Shown: positions 51,849 through 63,040, counted from the first letter of the stretch. The stretch: DNA of 64,000 nucleotides from Arenicellales bacterium (GCA_965202855.1 CBDBBP010000004.1:1225775-1289774), one strand, 5' to 3'. Translations and numbers: made by a program. Notes: generated from the sequence alone by a model not told the origin.

Positions 51849-53315
51849 ATGATCATGCCGAACGAAACTTGGATGCCGATAAGAGACCTGCCAAAAGATA
51901 TTTCAGAACTTAACGACCAAGAGCTGCCAAGTTTGGCGTCAGTCTGGCAAGAACAAGCCGATTCATTAAGAGACTCCGAAGCGACAAAAGAATTTAATGA
52001 ACGTTTACGCAGGGAATGGGCGATTGAAACTGGAATCATAGAACGACTCTATCATATCGACCGTGGAATAACGCAACTGCTAATTGAACAGGGGCTCAAC
52101 AGCAGTCTGATTCCACACGGATCAACTGACAAAGATCCGGTCGAAGTGATCAATATGGTTAATGATCACCATGAAGCTATCGAAGGAATTTTTGATTTTG
52201 TGTCGAATCGCCGTGATTTGAGTATTTCATATATTAAGGAACTCCACGCTTGTATAACACGACATCAACGCACTGTTACTGCAATTGATAAGTTCGGAAG
52301 GGAATTAGAGATTGAACTGCTTCACGGAACTTGGAAGCAACAGCCAAACAATCCAATTCGTCCCAACGGGACGCTTCATATTTACTGCCCTCCCGAACAT
52401 GTACAGATGGAAATGAAAAATTTGTTAGCTTGGTACAAAAAGCATGAGAATAAACACATATCACCCGAGGTTTCTGCCGCATGGCTGCATCATAGATTCA
52501 CGCAGATACACCCATTTCAGGACGGAAACGGAAGAGTTGCCCGTGCACTTGCGTCATTGGTATTTTTACGTGCGCAATGGTTTCCATTGGTAGTGCGACG
52601 AGATGATCGAGAGATCTACATACGAGCACTTGAGTCCGCAGACCAAGGTGATTTAAAACCGCTGATCGATAGATTTTGCAAAATGCAGAAGCGAGCTTTT
52701 GTAAATGCTCTGGGTTTATCGCGAGATGTACTGAAAGAGGCAGCGGGAATCGCGGACATTATTGAATCTGCTCGCGAAGCCATATTGGAAAGACGTCGAG
52801 AACGTCGCATCGCTTTACGGAAGGTATACGAATTTTCGAAGAATCTAGAAATGTCTGCTTTTGAACGTCTGAATGAGATTAAGACGATGCTAGATGAAAA
52901 ATTCAAAGACTTGAGTGGAACCTTAAATGTTTTTGTTGTCAAGGCAGACAACGATGATCACAACAGTTACTACTTTCGCCATGAGATTGTAGAGGTGGCG
53001 AAAGAGTTTGACTACTTTGCAAATACCAAGGATTACCGGTCTTGGATAAGGATGGGTATAAAAACGGATACCGAAACAAACATTTTTCTCTCTTTTCATA
53101 CTTTGGGTTATAAGTTTAAAGGAATTTTGGTGTGTACCGGAATGACTTTTGGGAGAGACCCAGAAAGTGACAGGTTTGAAAAAGCATACGCTCTTGGTTC
53201 TGAGCCGTTTCAATTCAACTATCGTGACCACGAAGAAGCATTGAAAGTACGTTTTGATCAATGGCTTGACGAAATAATTAAGCAAGGGCTGAACATATGG
53301 CGCTTAACTGTATAG
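51849..53315 (+). CDS. Fic family protein with long C-terminal extension
   Basis: Canonical HPFQDGNGRVAR motif; AIETGIIE regulatory helix. Confidence 0.92.
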   Translation: MIMPNETWMPIRDLPKDISELNDQELPSLASVWQEQADSLRDSEATKEFNERLRREWAIETGIIERLYHIDRGITQLLIEQGLNSSLIPHGSTDKDPVEVINMVNDHHEAIEGIFDFVSNRRDLSISYIKELHACITRHQRTVTAIDKFGRELEIELLHGTWKQQPNNPIRPNGTLHIYCPPEHVQMEMKNLLAWYKKHENKHISPEVSAAWLHHRFTQIHPFQDGNGRVARALASLVFLRAQWFPLVVRRDDREIYIRALESADQGDLKPLIDRFCKMQKRAFVNALGLSRDVLKEAAGIADIIESAREAILERRRERRIALRKVYEFSKNLEMSAFERLNEIKTMLDEKFKDLSGTLNVFVVKADNDDHNSYYFRHEIVEVAKEFDYFANTKDYRSWIRMGIKTDTETNIFLSFHTLGYKFKGILVCTGMTFGRDPESDRFEKAYALGSEPFQFNYRDHEEALKVRFDQWLDEIIKQGLNIWRLTV

Positions 53316-53911
53316 TGATAAACCAAAAACGAATATTTTCTCCTTTTCCCAATTTATCTGTCATTATCTTGAGCAAAGTTGTCTTATCGTCACTCAGTTC
53401 AAGTGGAGGTTGCCGTGGTCAATCAATGCACCCGCCTTGGTGCTTGCAGTGCTTTTGCAATCTCTATGTGCGGTAAGTGGGGCAAAAGCAGAGAATATAT
53501 GCCCGTTGATCAAGTCTGGATTACAAGAGTCCAGACAAGTATGAAACACAGCTGAAAAAAGCGAAATCATTAGTAATCGACGGAACACGCGCCGTCCGTT
53601 TCGGTTAGTTTTACAACTAGGAAAAGAGACTCCCTTCCATAATTAAATCAGCGACCTTATTTCCTTCTTCGCGTTCTACAAATTGAAGGATCTGAAGACT
53701 GCTCATCCATGAATGGCGGTTTCGGGAGGAAGGCGTTCGCGGCCATTTCATCGATTCGAGGTGATTAATTCCAAATAATGTCCGTTTTACAGCGTAAATC
53801 TCTCAAGCCCTAATCCTTGGTTGAACGCAATAGCAATCCAAAAATAATCTACCATAAATTGATCAGATTCCCATATGCTGATTACTAATACAAATCGGAA
53901 TTACTCCTGAA

Positions 53912-54349
53912 ATGCCTGCAAATGGCAAAAATGAAAAAAATATCATAGAATCAGGTTTATCCAGTACGGTCAATTTATGCCTCAAGGCTATTTATGAAGT
54001 TTATTTCCAACCACAAAAGGAAGCAGTGCCGTACCATCTTCGGATTTCTCTTTCTTTCTTCGGTTCTTTCATGCTTCTTTGGTCTTCAATTTTTACAACC
54101 CTGATAAAGGCATTGGATTCGGATGCCGCATAGGGACCTGAAGTCGAAAGTTTCAGGATTCAATTTATCGCTACTGTTTTTGCGACTGAATTCAATTTGT
54201 TGATTTTGCTTTCAGCTGTCATTGTATTTTCTTCGATATTTGCTATCGTGATAGCTTCAGGGTACTCAAAACATGGTGCTGTTCGTTACTTTATTTCTGG
54301 AGTGCTTCTGCCGGCATTCACACTACTCGCGGCGCAGGCAATTACGTAG
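53912..54349 (+). pseudogene. Membrane hypothetical gene with one in-frame TAG
   Basis: Frame continues past TAG 54131-54133 with further hydrophobic helices to TAG 54347-54349. Confidence 0.5.
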
Positions 54350-54363
54350 ATTCAGTTGGAAAA

Positions 54364-54978
54364 ATGAAAATGATCATACGAATACAAAAAAATCCACTTC
54401 AACTATCACTCGCGATGCTCGCACTCGCGTTCGCTTGCTTCGCAATAACCACTCAGACCGAGCAGTTTTCCGCGTTCGCTCAACCGTCGGAACAAGCTGA
54501 AGACAGCTCTGAGTTGGAATCAAACTCTAATTTGGATTCAATTGAACTGCATCAGTTTACATTTTGGGACGCGTGGATAGCTGCAACGATGGCAATCATC
54601 AATCCTTACGGACTGAGTGACAAATCCGTAATTTACCTTTACAAATTCGACCAGGAAGGTGTTAGAGACGCATTGTCTCAGATACAAAAAATACAGTCTG
54701 AAATTCTAAAGGAAAAATGGTATGTCGGCCAAGTGACCGTGGAATCTGGTGATGAAGAATCTGCAATATGGCGGCCTGCGAAATTGAATTTGTTCAATCT
54801 GGAATCTGAACTTTCTGAATCCACGCAGCTGTTCGCCTCAAACCTGCCGATACCTGACGAAGAATATACTGATGCATACTGGATTCCGTATGATGAATGG
54901 GCTACGCTCCTTGGACTCCGGGAAGACGCGAATTTTACAGCAGTTGCCTCGGATGACTTAACTCAACAGCAGTTCTAA
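54364..54978 (+). CDS. Secreted/membrane-anchored acidic hypothetical protein
   Basis: 204-aa ORF with N-terminal hydrophobic signal. Confidence 0.6.
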   Translation: MKMIIRIQKNPLQLSLAMLALAFACFAITTQTEQFSAFAQPSEQAEDSSELESNSNLDSIELHQFTFWDAWIAATMAIINPYGLSDKSVIYLYKFDQEGVRDALSQIQKIQSEILKEKWYVGQVTVESGDEESAIWRPAKLNLFNLESELSESTQLFASNLPIPDEEYTDAYWIPYDEWATLLGLREDANFTAVASDDLTQQQF

Positions 54979-55094
54979 ATTTGTGTCTTTCTAACTGATT
55001 GTTTATAATTACAAAATATATTCCGATTTACTAATTGTCAACCCAAATTTATTCTACTTTAGGTTGTTTGATTCATCGTGAAGCCGAACTTTTT

Positions 55095-55490
55095 TTACGG
55101 CTGATAGACAGAAAGACCAAGCGGCTCAACCATTGCATCATAATCTCGGTCATAGTGAAGAATCGTGTGATTATTCTGAATGCAAAATGTAGCAATTAAA
55201 ACGTCGATAGACTTTCGGACAGTAATTCCTTGTTTTCGTAACTTCCTATAATTGCTGGCACTGACAAGAGCAATTTCTCGTCCGATCTTGTCTGCAAACG
55301 GCAAGTGTATCAATTCATGTCTTGCCAATTGATAATCCTAGTCTTTTCGAAATCCTTGAAGAATTTCAGCCAGTATTAAATTCCCCATTAAATTTGGCTG
55401 CGTCCTCAATAGACCGTCACGAATTTCCGTTTGGCGATTCTGTGCGCCGTTAAAATAATTGACCCAAACTGAAGTGTCCGCAACGATCAC
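55095..55490 (-). pseudogene. vapC: VapC (PIN) toxin with internal stop
   Basis: IVADTSVWV..EILQGFRKD*..RKSIDVLIATFC..HYDRDY; TAG at 55338-55340. Confidence 0.85.
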
Positions 55491-55681
55491 TTATCCACTC
55501 GCATCTCATCCAGCGAATCTTCCCAATGCAGTTTGCCACGAAGCTTACGCAGGCCTGACTGTCGCTCAATCTTAATGAGTAAATGCAAGCCTTTTTCAAC
55601 AGTTGCTTTCTTTGTTTTCGCACCGCAAGCTTTCATTGCTTGCGCCATCAATTCGTCGTTGATTTCTATATTTGTTCTCAT
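55487..55681 (-). CDS. vapB: VapB family antitoxin
   Basis: MRTNIEINDELM..AM...G.KTKKATVE.GL..L..LRGKLHWE..LDEMR. Confidence 0.9.
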   Translation of the reverse strand: MRTNIEINDELMAQAMKACGAKTKKATVEKGLHLLIKIERQSGLRKLRGKLHWEDSLDEMRVDK

Positions 55682-55693
55682 GCACTTATTATA

Positions 55694-55725
55694 AATGTGT
55701 ATATATTCATAGTGATATACACATT
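55694..55725. promoter_or_regulatory. Inverted repeat upstream of vapB (probable autoregulatory operator)
   Basis: aatgtgtatat-N10-atatacacatt. Confidence 0.62.
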
Positions 55726-56074
55726 ATGAGGTGTCACAATTGCTGATGAAACAGATACCTGAATTGGATTATCTGTTGCAGTGTGACAACATTGTGCTCT
55801 TAGGTGACACCGATCCCGGTGAAACATAATTTGCGATAGCTTTGGTACAGCAGTGTCTCCGAGACGAAGTCCGCGATGAATTTTTCAATATCACTGATCT
55901 AGTCAACAAATCGGTATCCAGTCTTTGTGATCTATCATATTCTGCCTGCAAACACTCCACCAGATTCACTCACGCTTTCATCGCCCTTGTTGTAATCCCA
56001 ATTAAATTGTTTAAAAGTCGAAATAAACCGAACCCACTCACGACTGGCAACCTTTCTCAAGGGGCCCCTTCATA

Positions 56075-56387
56075 TCTCACCAACGCCATCGAAATGATGC
56101 ACGCCCAAGCCCGCGGCATGCCCCGCCAGATCAACCGCCTCGCACACTATGCACTGTCTGCTGCCGCCCAAAACCAAGCCCGTGTGGTCACCTTGGAACA
56201 CATGAATCAAGCCACCGAGGAAGTACAGGGCTGATCCAACCCATACATCTGCCTGATTCGGACGCCAACACCGTTGACAACCTACAGCACCGCCGTCAAC
56301 AGTCAAAACTCCATCGACAGATTCACTGCGGTGCAATCCACACTGCCAACTCCAAACCTTCAATAGATTGTCGGACCAGTGTGAACA
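56075..56387 (+). mobile_element. Remnant of transposon-associated ExeA-like AAA ATPase plus element end
   Basis: AIEMMHAQARGMPRQINRLAHYAL..AA; ends in tgtcggaccagtgtgaaca. Confidence 0.55.
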
Positions 56388-56627
56388 ATCAAATTATTTC
56401 GTTCCGAATCAATTTGAAAAATTCGTTTCTATTTATTCTGGATTTCAACACTTTCCACGGTGCACGAGATATACGGGTTAAGGCGTCTTTCCATATTTTC
56501 ATTCGTAATTTCGGATTTGGGAAATCACGCGTCAGTCAGCCCATTGATGTCCAATGTCGAATTTGGGAAACAAAGCATTGCATTGCTCCGGCAGATTGTC
56601 AGAGCATCCGTTTCCAGCCAGCGCTTT

Positions 56628-58109
56628 TTAGAAACTCGCAGCCAGACGGACAGCTTTTCTCCAGCGCGTCAGCAACTGCTGGCGCTGTGTCGGCGGCATT
56701 GAGGTTTCGAAGCTTCGGTCAATGTTCCAGTTCTTTTCAATCGCATCCAAAGAAGAGTAAATCCCGCAGTGCAAACCTGCAAGATAAGCCGCGCCCAGCG
56801 CGGTTGTTTCCGTACTTGAAGGTCGGGCCACCGGCAGGTTCAAGACATCGCTCAAAAACTGACAGAACCAGTCATTATTTGCCATCCCGCCATCGACTCG
56901 CAACCGATTGACAGCGCTGCCATCGGAATGGATGGCGTCCACAAGATCGGCGGTCTGATAGGCAACGGATTCCAATGCAGCCCTCACAAACTGCTCCTTG
57001 CCCGTGTCTCTGGTCATGCCAAAAATTGTACCGCGGGCATCCGGCAGCCAATGCGGCGCGCCCAGCCCAGTGAAAGCAGGCACCAGGTACACGCCGCAGT
57101 TATCGTCCAGCGAAGCCGCCATTTCAGCAGACTTGGCTGCATCGTCCAGCACATTCAATTCATCCTGCAGCCACTTTATTGCTGCGCCGGCGACGAATAT
57201 CGAGCCTTCAACTGCGTAGCAGGTGCTGCCGTCGAGACGATAGGCGACTGTTGACAGCATCCGGTGCTCAGACGTGACGAGTTCGGCGCCCGTATTGATA
57301 ACCAGAAAGCAGCCGGTTCCATAAGTGCTCTTGACCATTCCTGGCGCAAAACATGCCTGCCCAATCAATGCGGCCTGCTGATCACCGGCGACGCCGCAGA
57401 TCGGCAATGCCTGACCCAGTACCGAAGCATCGGTCACCCCAAAGTCGGCAGCGCAATCCATTACTCGCGGCAGACAGTTCTGCGGAACGCGAAACAGATC
57501 CAGCAACTCAGGGTCCCACTGCTGCTTTCGAATGTCGAACAGCATGGTTCTGGATGCGTTGGATGCATCGGTCACATGTGATCTGGCGCCGGTCAGGCGC
57601 CAGATCAGAAAAGTATCGATTGTGCCAAATGCCAGCTCTGCGCGTTCGGCGCATGCGCGTGCACCTGCGACATTGTCGAGAATCCATGCGACTTTTGTTG
57701 CCGAAAAATATGGATCAAGCAGCAGTCCGGTTTTCTCCTGAACGTCTGCCTCGACGCCGTCCTGCTTAAGCGCTGCGCAAAGACCGGCGGTACGCCGGTC
57801 CTGCCACACGATCGCGTTATATATGGGCTCGCCGGTTTTGCGGTCCCAGACCACGCTGGTTTCTCGTTGATTGGTTATGCCAACTGCCTTGACTTCGCCC
57901 GGCAGCTGCTTTGCATAGTCCAGTGCTGCACGGGTTACTGCCAAAGTGGTCTGCCAGATTTCTTCGGGATCATGTTCGACCCAGCCGTCCGCCGGAAAAT
58001 ACTGGGTAAATTCACGCTGCTCGGTGTAGAGCACTCTGCCGTTTTGGTCAATCAGGAGCGCCCGCGAGCTGGTTGTACCCTGATCGATGCTAACTATGTA
58101 GGCCTGCAT
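56628..58109 (-). CDS. glpK: Glycerol kinase
   Basis: [56 protein letters not shown]. Confidence 0.97.
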   Translation of the reverse strand: MQAYIVSIDQGTTSSRALLIDQNGRVLYTEQREFTQYFPADGWVEHDPEEIWQTTLAVTRAALDYAKQLPGEVKAVGITNQRETSVVWDRKTGEPIYNAIVWQDRRTAGLCAALKQDGVEADVQEKTGLLLDPYFSATKVAWILDNVAGARACAERAELAFGTIDTFLIWRLTGARSHVTDASNASRTMLFDIRKQQWDPELLDLFRVPQNCLPRVMDCAADFGVTDASVLGQALPICGVAGDQQAALIGQACFAPGMVKSTYGTGCFLVINTGAELVTSEHRMLSTVAYRLDGSTCYAVEGSIFVAGAAIKWLQDELNVLDDAAKSAEMAASLDDNCGVYLVPAFTGLGAPHWLPDARGTIFGMTRDTGKEQFVRAALESVAYQTADLVDAIHSDGSAVNRLRVDGGMANNDWFCQFLSDVLNLPVARPSSTETTALGAAYLAGLHCGIYSSLDAIEKNWNIDRSFETSMPPTQRQQLLTRWRKAVRLAASF

Positions 58110-58199
58110 TGACAGCCACCTCCGTTAAATCTTCGAGTTGTACTGATTCAAATTATTCATTCAGCTGCGCAATCTGAGCAGAATTCATCGAAACTCCGT

Positions 58200-58354
58200 G
58201 ACGCGTACGGCGCCAGACGATGCATGCTGTCCAAAGCTATCCTTTTCGCACAGCACGACCCTGAGTCCTCTGCCCGCCGCGTCCCGTCCCAGGCGATGCC
58301 GGCTCCGATTACGGCAAGATCGTAAGTCTCGTATCTGCTAAGTTCACTGTCCAT
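58200..58354 (-). pseudogene. glpD: Glycerol-3-phosphate dehydrogenase N-terminal remnant
   Basis: YDLAVIGAGI, then in a shifted frame DAAGRGLRVVLCEKD..HASS; remainder absent. Confidence 0.75.
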
Positions 58355-58390
58355 CGCGTCTCGCCTGGTCAAATTTAAACCGAAGACGCA

Positions 58391-58675
58391 TTAAACGCGC
58401 GAAAACACAAAGGCAAACCAAATGATGGATAGAACCAAAGCCCCCCAAAGCGGCGTCGAAAATGCCCAAAGCCAACCCAGAAAGATGAAAATACTACCGA
58501 GCAGACTGATGAACAGACGGTCGCCGCGTGTTGTCTCCAAGCGAAATATTCCGCGCCTTTGACCGCCGCCCGGGCTAATTTTCTCCCACACGCCCATCGA
58601 CACGATGCAAAGCAGGATGAATACAAAGAAGACCGCCGTGGGCCAGGTCCATGCCATCCAGGAAAAGTCCAGCAT
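58391..58675 (-). CDS. DUF2160 small membrane protein (GlpU-like)
   Basis: WMAWTWPTA.FF, R.G....TTRGDRLFISLLGS. Confidence 0.9.
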   Translation of the reverse strand: MLDFSWMAWTWPTAVFFVFILLCIVSMGVWEKISPGGGQRRGIFRLETTRGDRLFISLLGSIFIFLGWLWAFSTPLWGALVLSIIWFAFVFSRV

Positions 58676-58681
58676 GTCGTT

Positions 58682-59509
58682 CTATACCCGACCCAAGGAG
58701 AAGCCCTTGGCAATGTAGTTTCTGACAAAGTAGATGACAATTGCTCCGGGGATGATTGTCAGCGCTCCGGCTGCCGCCAGCAAGCCGAGTTCGTAGCCTG
58801 CCGTACTTGCCGTTCGCGTCATGGTGGCAGCAATTGATTTGGCTGCCACTGACGTAAGCGTCTTTGACAGCAGCAGTTCCACCCAGGAGTACATGAAACA
58901 AAAAAACGCGGTCACGCCAATTCCGGAAGCGATCGCCGGCATGAAGATCTTGACAAAGAACCGCGGAAAAGAGTAGCCGTCTACATATGCCATTTCGTCC
59001 AGTTGTTTGGGTATGCCTGACATAAAACCCTCAAGAATCCAGACTGCCAGCGGAATGTTAAACAGGCAATGTGCAAGAGCCACCGCGATATGCGTATCGT
59101 ACAGATCAAAAGCTGCGTAAAGCTGGAAAAACGGCAGCGCGAATACAGCCGGTGGCGCCATGCGGTTGGTCAACAGCCAGAAGAACAGGTGTTTGTCACC
59201 CAGAAACCGATAGCGCGAAAACGCATAGGCGGCCGGCAGCGCAAACGATACGGATATCACAGTATTGATGACAACGTAAATGATTGAATTGATATAGCCC
59301 CGATACCAGGTTGGGTCAGTGAATATCTTGATGTAATTCTCCAGCGTAAACTCCAGCGGGATCAGGGCGAACGTACCCAGAATCTCATTGGTGGTCTTGA
59401 ACGACATATTCAGCAGCCAGTAGATCGGCAGCAGGAGAAAGATGATGTACGCCGTCGGCACCAGCCACCGGTGCACAGGGACTGTCATAAATTTTCTATT
59501 GCTGTTCAT
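58682..59509 (-). CDS. Glycerol ABC transporter permease (GlpQ-like)
   Basis: FFWLLTNRMAPPAVF, LDEMAYVDGY, GFSLGRV. Confidence 0.9.
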   Translation of the reverse strand: MNSNRKFMTVPVHRWLVPTAYIIFLLLPIYWLLNMSFKTTNEILGTFALIPLEFTLENYIKIFTDPTWYRGYINSIIYVVINTVISVSFALPAAYAFSRYRFLGDKHLFFWLLTNRMAPPAVFALPFFQLYAAFDLYDTHIAVALAHCLFNIPLAVWILEGFMSGIPKQLDEMAYVDGYSFPRFFVKIFMPAIASGIGVTAFFCFMYSWVELLLSKTLTSVAAKSIAATMTRTASTAGYELGLLAAAGALTIIPGAIVIYFVRNYIAKGFSLGRV

Positions 59510-60389
59510 TTTTCATCATCAAGGTATAGAACACCCAGCATATCAACAAAACGATGAAGAAATAGATCAGCGACATGGCTGCCGCCGGTCCCAGGTCAAA
59601 CTGTCCCAGTGCGAGTTTGACCAGATCGATGGACAGAAACGTCGTTGAGTTGCCAGGCCCGCCGCCGGTCAGTACAAACGGTTCGGTATAAATCATGAAG
59701 CTGTCCATGAAGCGCAGGAGAATCGCGATTGTCAGCACGCGTTTCATTTTCGGCAGCTGGATCCACAGAAATACAGCCCACTTCGATGCACCATCAATCT
59801 TGGCGGCCTGGTAGTACGCTTCCGGGATCGCGCTCAAACCGGCATAAGCGAGCAGTACGACCAGTGACGTCCAGTGCCAGACATCCATCAAAATCGTGGT
59901 CACCCAAGCCGCTATCGGCTGCCGGGTAAAATTGAAATCAATCCCTATCGCATTGATTGAGTGGCCCAGCAAACCGATCTCCGGCAAGGCAAAAATATTC
60001 CACATTGCGCCGACTACGTTCCATGGGATCAGCAAAGGCAGCGCCATCAGTACCAGGCAGACTGAGATCCAGAATCCTTTTTTGGGCATGCAAAGGGCGA
60101 TTGCAATGCCAAGAGGGACTTCGATCAGCAATATGATCGCAGTAAACGTAATCTGGCGCACAAATGCATCATGAAACCGCTCTGAATTCAGCACCTGCTC
60201 AAACCAGGTCAGCCCCTGCCAGAAAAACATGTTGTCGCCGAAGGTTTCCTGCAGCGAATAGTTAACCACAGTCATCAGCGGAATCAGCGCATTAAACGCC
60301 ACCAGCACGACCACCGGAATGACAAAAAGCCAAGCCCCTTGCTTGATCGTTTTGTTATTCACGCGCTCTTGGCTCCTCCTGCCAGCCAC
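59496..60389 (-). CDS. Glycerol ABC transporter permease (GlpP-like)
   Basis: PLMTVVNYS, MDVWHWT, YYQAAKIDGA, GQFDLGPAAA. Confidence 0.9.
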   Translation of the reverse strand: MAGRRSQERVNNKTIKQGAWLFVIPVVVLVAFNALIPLMTVVNYSLQETFGDNMFFWQGLTWFEQVLNSERFHDAFVRQITFTAIILLIEVPLGIAIALCMPKKGFWISVCLVLMALPLLIPWNVVGAMWNIFALPEIGLLGHSINAIGIDFNFTRQPIAAWVTTILMDVWHWTSLVVLLAYAGLSAIPEAYYQAAKIDGASKWAVFLWIQLPKMKRVLTIAILLRFMDSFMIYTEPFVLTGGGPGNSTTFLSIDLVKLALGQFDLGPAAAMSLIYFFIVLLICWVFYTLMMKNEQQ

Positions 60390-61459
60390 CCGTTTACGTA
60401 CAGAAACGTACGCTCTACGTCAAATTCAATTTTTGCGCCGTCACTCGGGACCACCTGCTCTTCGGAACAAATCACTTTTATTTCGTGCTGCTGGTACGTG
60501 ACGTGAACCAGCTGATGGCGTCCAATATCATCGACCCGACGGACCTGTACCGGCAGACTCTGAGCGTCGTCGCTGAAATGGACGAACTCGGGACGAATTC
60601 CAATTTCGGTACGCGCATCCGCAGCCGGCACGGATGCAGATGCAGACCTGTAATTGCCGCACTTAACTTTCACTCCCTCAAGTGACACCTCAGCGCCGCT
60701 GATCTGGCAAGGCAGGATGTTCATGCCCGGTGAGCCGATAAAATAGCCTACAAAGGTATGCATGGGTTTTTCAAACAACTCAACCGGGGTGCCAGTCTGC
60801 ACTACTTCACCTTCATACATTACCAGCACTTCATCGGCAAAAGTAAGCGCCTCGGTCTGGTCGTGGGTAACGTAGATCATCGTGGTGCCAACGTTTTGGT
60901 GCAGTTCCTTGAGTTTCGAGCGCAGTTCCCATTTCAGGTTTTGGTCGATTACAGTCAGCGGCTCATCAAACATCATCACGTTGAGATCTTCGCGAACCAC
61001 GCCTCGAGCCAGTGAAATTTTCTGTTTGCCGTCAACAGTCAATGACGCAGCGCGTCGATGGATGCCTTTTTCAAGATCGAGCATCTTGGCGACTTCGAGA
61101 ACCCGGGTCTTGACCTGCTGATCCGGAACGCCGCGATTGCGAAGCGGGAAGGCCAGGTTGTCAAACACCGACATGGTGTCGTAGATGACCGGAAACTGAA
61201 AGACCTGGGCGATATTCCGGTGAATCGTATCGACCCCGGTCATGTCCTGATCATTGAAGCGCACAGTTCCGGCTGTCGGCTCCAGCAGCCCGGAGATAAT
61301 GCCCAGCAGTGTACTTTTACCGCATCCAGATGGTCCCAGCAGCGCATAAGCGCCACCGTCCTCAAACACTGTATTGATTTGCTTGAGGGCATAATCCGCA
61401 TCTGACTGCGGCTCGGGCAGGTAGCTGTGGCGGATATTTTCAAGGGTGATCTTTGCCAT
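60359..61459 (-). CDS. Glycerol ABC transporter ATP-binding protein (GlpT-like)
   Basis: GPSGCGKS, AQVFQFPVIYD, FDEPLTVID, YVTHDQ. Confidence 0.92.
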   Translation of the reverse strand: MAKITLENIRHSYLPEPQSDADYALKQINTVFEDGGAYALLGPSGCGKSTLLGIISGLLEPTAGTVRFNDQDMTGVDTIHRNIAQVFQFPVIYDTMSVFDNLAFPLRNRGVPDQQVKTRVLEVAKMLDLEKGIHRRAASLTVDGKQKISLARGVVREDLNVMMFDEPLTVIDQNLKWELRSKLKELHQNVGTTMIYVTHDQTEALTFADEVLVMYEGEVVQTGTPVELFEKPMHTFVGYFIGSPGMNILPCQISGAEVSLEGVKVKCGNYRSASASVPAADARTEIGIRPEFVHFSDDAQSLPVQVRRVDDIGRHQLVHVTYQQHEIKVICSEEQVVPSDGAKIEFDVERTFLYVNGWLAGGAKSA

Positions 61460-61474
61460 CGCCGCGGATGCCTG

Positions 61475-62545
61475 TCAGTGGATCGCGTTGCCGGCCTGAT
61501 CGAAGTAGAGACAGCTGTTCAGGTTCACGAACAGCTCAACTTCCTTCCCGATGGATTGCTGATGCACTCCGCTGGTTTCCGAAATCCAGTCGCTGCCTTG
61601 CACTTGCAGGTGAATGAGACTTGATGAGCCACTGATTTCCGTCAGGTTCACAGTGCCTCGAATCGCGATGAACTCGCCGCTGACGGTCCCCTTTGACAGA
61701 GTCAGATGATGTGGACGAATTCCGAGAGTGTAGTCTCCATCGGCTGCGCCCGACAGTCGGCTGGGACACAGGCAGTCCCCCATGCCGTGCAACAGCATTG
61801 TATTGCCTGACTTGGAGACCTTGGCCGTGTTCATCGGCGGGTGCGAGAAAATCCTGGCACTCGTGAGATTGCAGGGCTGTCGGTAAGTTTTGATCGTTCT
61901 GCCATACTGAACAACATTGCCTTCATGCAGTGTCGCCGTATATCCACCGAGCATCAGGGCTTCTTCCGGTTCACTCGTTGCAAAGACGACGGTTGAGCCG
62001 GATTTGGAAAACAGCCTCGGCAGCTGTTCGCGCAGCTGTTCGCGCAACTTGTAATCCAGGTTTGCCAGGGGTTCATCCAGCAACACCAACGAAGCATTCT
62101 TGACCAGCGCCCGCGCCAGCGCGGTGCGCTGCTGCTGACCGCCGGATAGATTTGAGACATCGCGTTCCAACAGGTCGGACAGATTGAGCAGCTCGGCGAT
62201 TTGCCCGACGCGACGGTTGATCTCAGAGGTCGCTTCGCCCGCGACTCGCAGCGGGGAGGCAATGTTTTCGAACACTGTGAAGTTCGGGTAATTTATGAAA
62301 TCCTGGTAGACCATGGCGACATTGCGCTTCTGCACAGTCACCGAGGTTACATTTTGACCGGCAAACCAAATCTCTCCTGATGTTGGCTTTTCCAGACCGG
62401 CCATCAGTCTCATCAGCGTTGTCTTGCCGCTCAGCGTGGCACCCAAAAGCACGTTGATCTCTGAGTCCTGCAAGGCCAGGTCGGTTGAATAGATGTGAGT
62501 CTCACCATCCAACACTTTGGTCACGTTTTTTAGTTCAACCGACAA
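61475..62545 (-). CDS. Glycerol ABC transporter ATP-binding protein (GlpS-like)
   Basis: GATLSGKT, LSGGQQQR, DEPLANLDYKLRE. Confidence 0.92.
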   Translation of the reverse strand: MSVELKNVTKVLDGETHIYSTDLALQDSEINVLLGATLSGKTTLMRLMAGLEKPTSGEIWFAGQNVTSVTVQKRNVAMVYQDFINYPNFTVFENIASPLRVAGEATSEINRRVGQIAELLNLSDLLERDVSNLSGGQQQRTALARALVKNASLVLLDEPLANLDYKLREQLREQLPRLFSKSGSTVVFATSEPEEALMLGGYTATLHEGNVVQYGRTIKTYRQPCNLTSARIFSHPPMNTAKVSKSGNTMLLHGMGDCLCPSRLSGAADGDYTLGIRPHHLTLSKGTVSGEFIAIRGTVNLTEISGSSSLIHLQVQGSDWISETSGVHQQSIGKEVELFVNLNSCLYFDQAGNAIH

Positions 62546-62639
62546 TTTTTCAAACTTTAGCAGTTAATGTTGGCCCATCGGAGCAAAAATCGCCTGCGGA
62601 TGCGTGCGGCTACTCGCATGCATGTTCGTTGTGGAGTGA

Positions 62640-63040
62640 ATCTTTGCGGCTTGCAGAAAACTCTCTGGCACATTTGCATCGGTGATGAGATAGTTTATTT
62701 TTCCGATTCACAGAGGAAATCTGGCACTATACGCTGAAACCTGCTGCCATCGGCGATCATGTTTGCGGTTCTTATTTGCTGGATCATGGCGACGAATCTG
62801 CCAACCGGGGATCAACACCTTCATCCGGTCCGACCGTACAAGTAAATTCAGCACGCTGAGGCTGTTGGTGACGAACAGCAGACCGGCGCGGACAATTGGT
62901 TCCGATCACGGCGAATGGTCCAAGCAGTCGCGTTGAGATCTTCTGCAAGTCGATCAACTTGAAACCGGCCTTCCGATTCCGCGACTGACCACGAATCTCT
63001 TTGACGCCGGTCCAGCGTAACGTTGTCGTGAGATTCTTCT
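62640..63040 (-). pseudogene. glpR: DeoR/GlpR regulator remnant
   Basis: RQRD..EGRFQVDRLAEDLNATAWTIRRDRNQL (HTH) and AMIQQIRTANMIADGSRFQR (C-terminal); middle deleted. Confidence 0.68.

Noticed and set aside
44760-55490. In-frame TAG codons in three genes (GIY-YIG, membrane gene, vapC) suggesting amber recoding
   Set aside because: TAG is the normal stop of intact genes here (pdxJ, yefM, Fic), the GIY-YIG gene also has a TAA, and neither tRNA has a CUA anticodon; pseudogenisation is simpler
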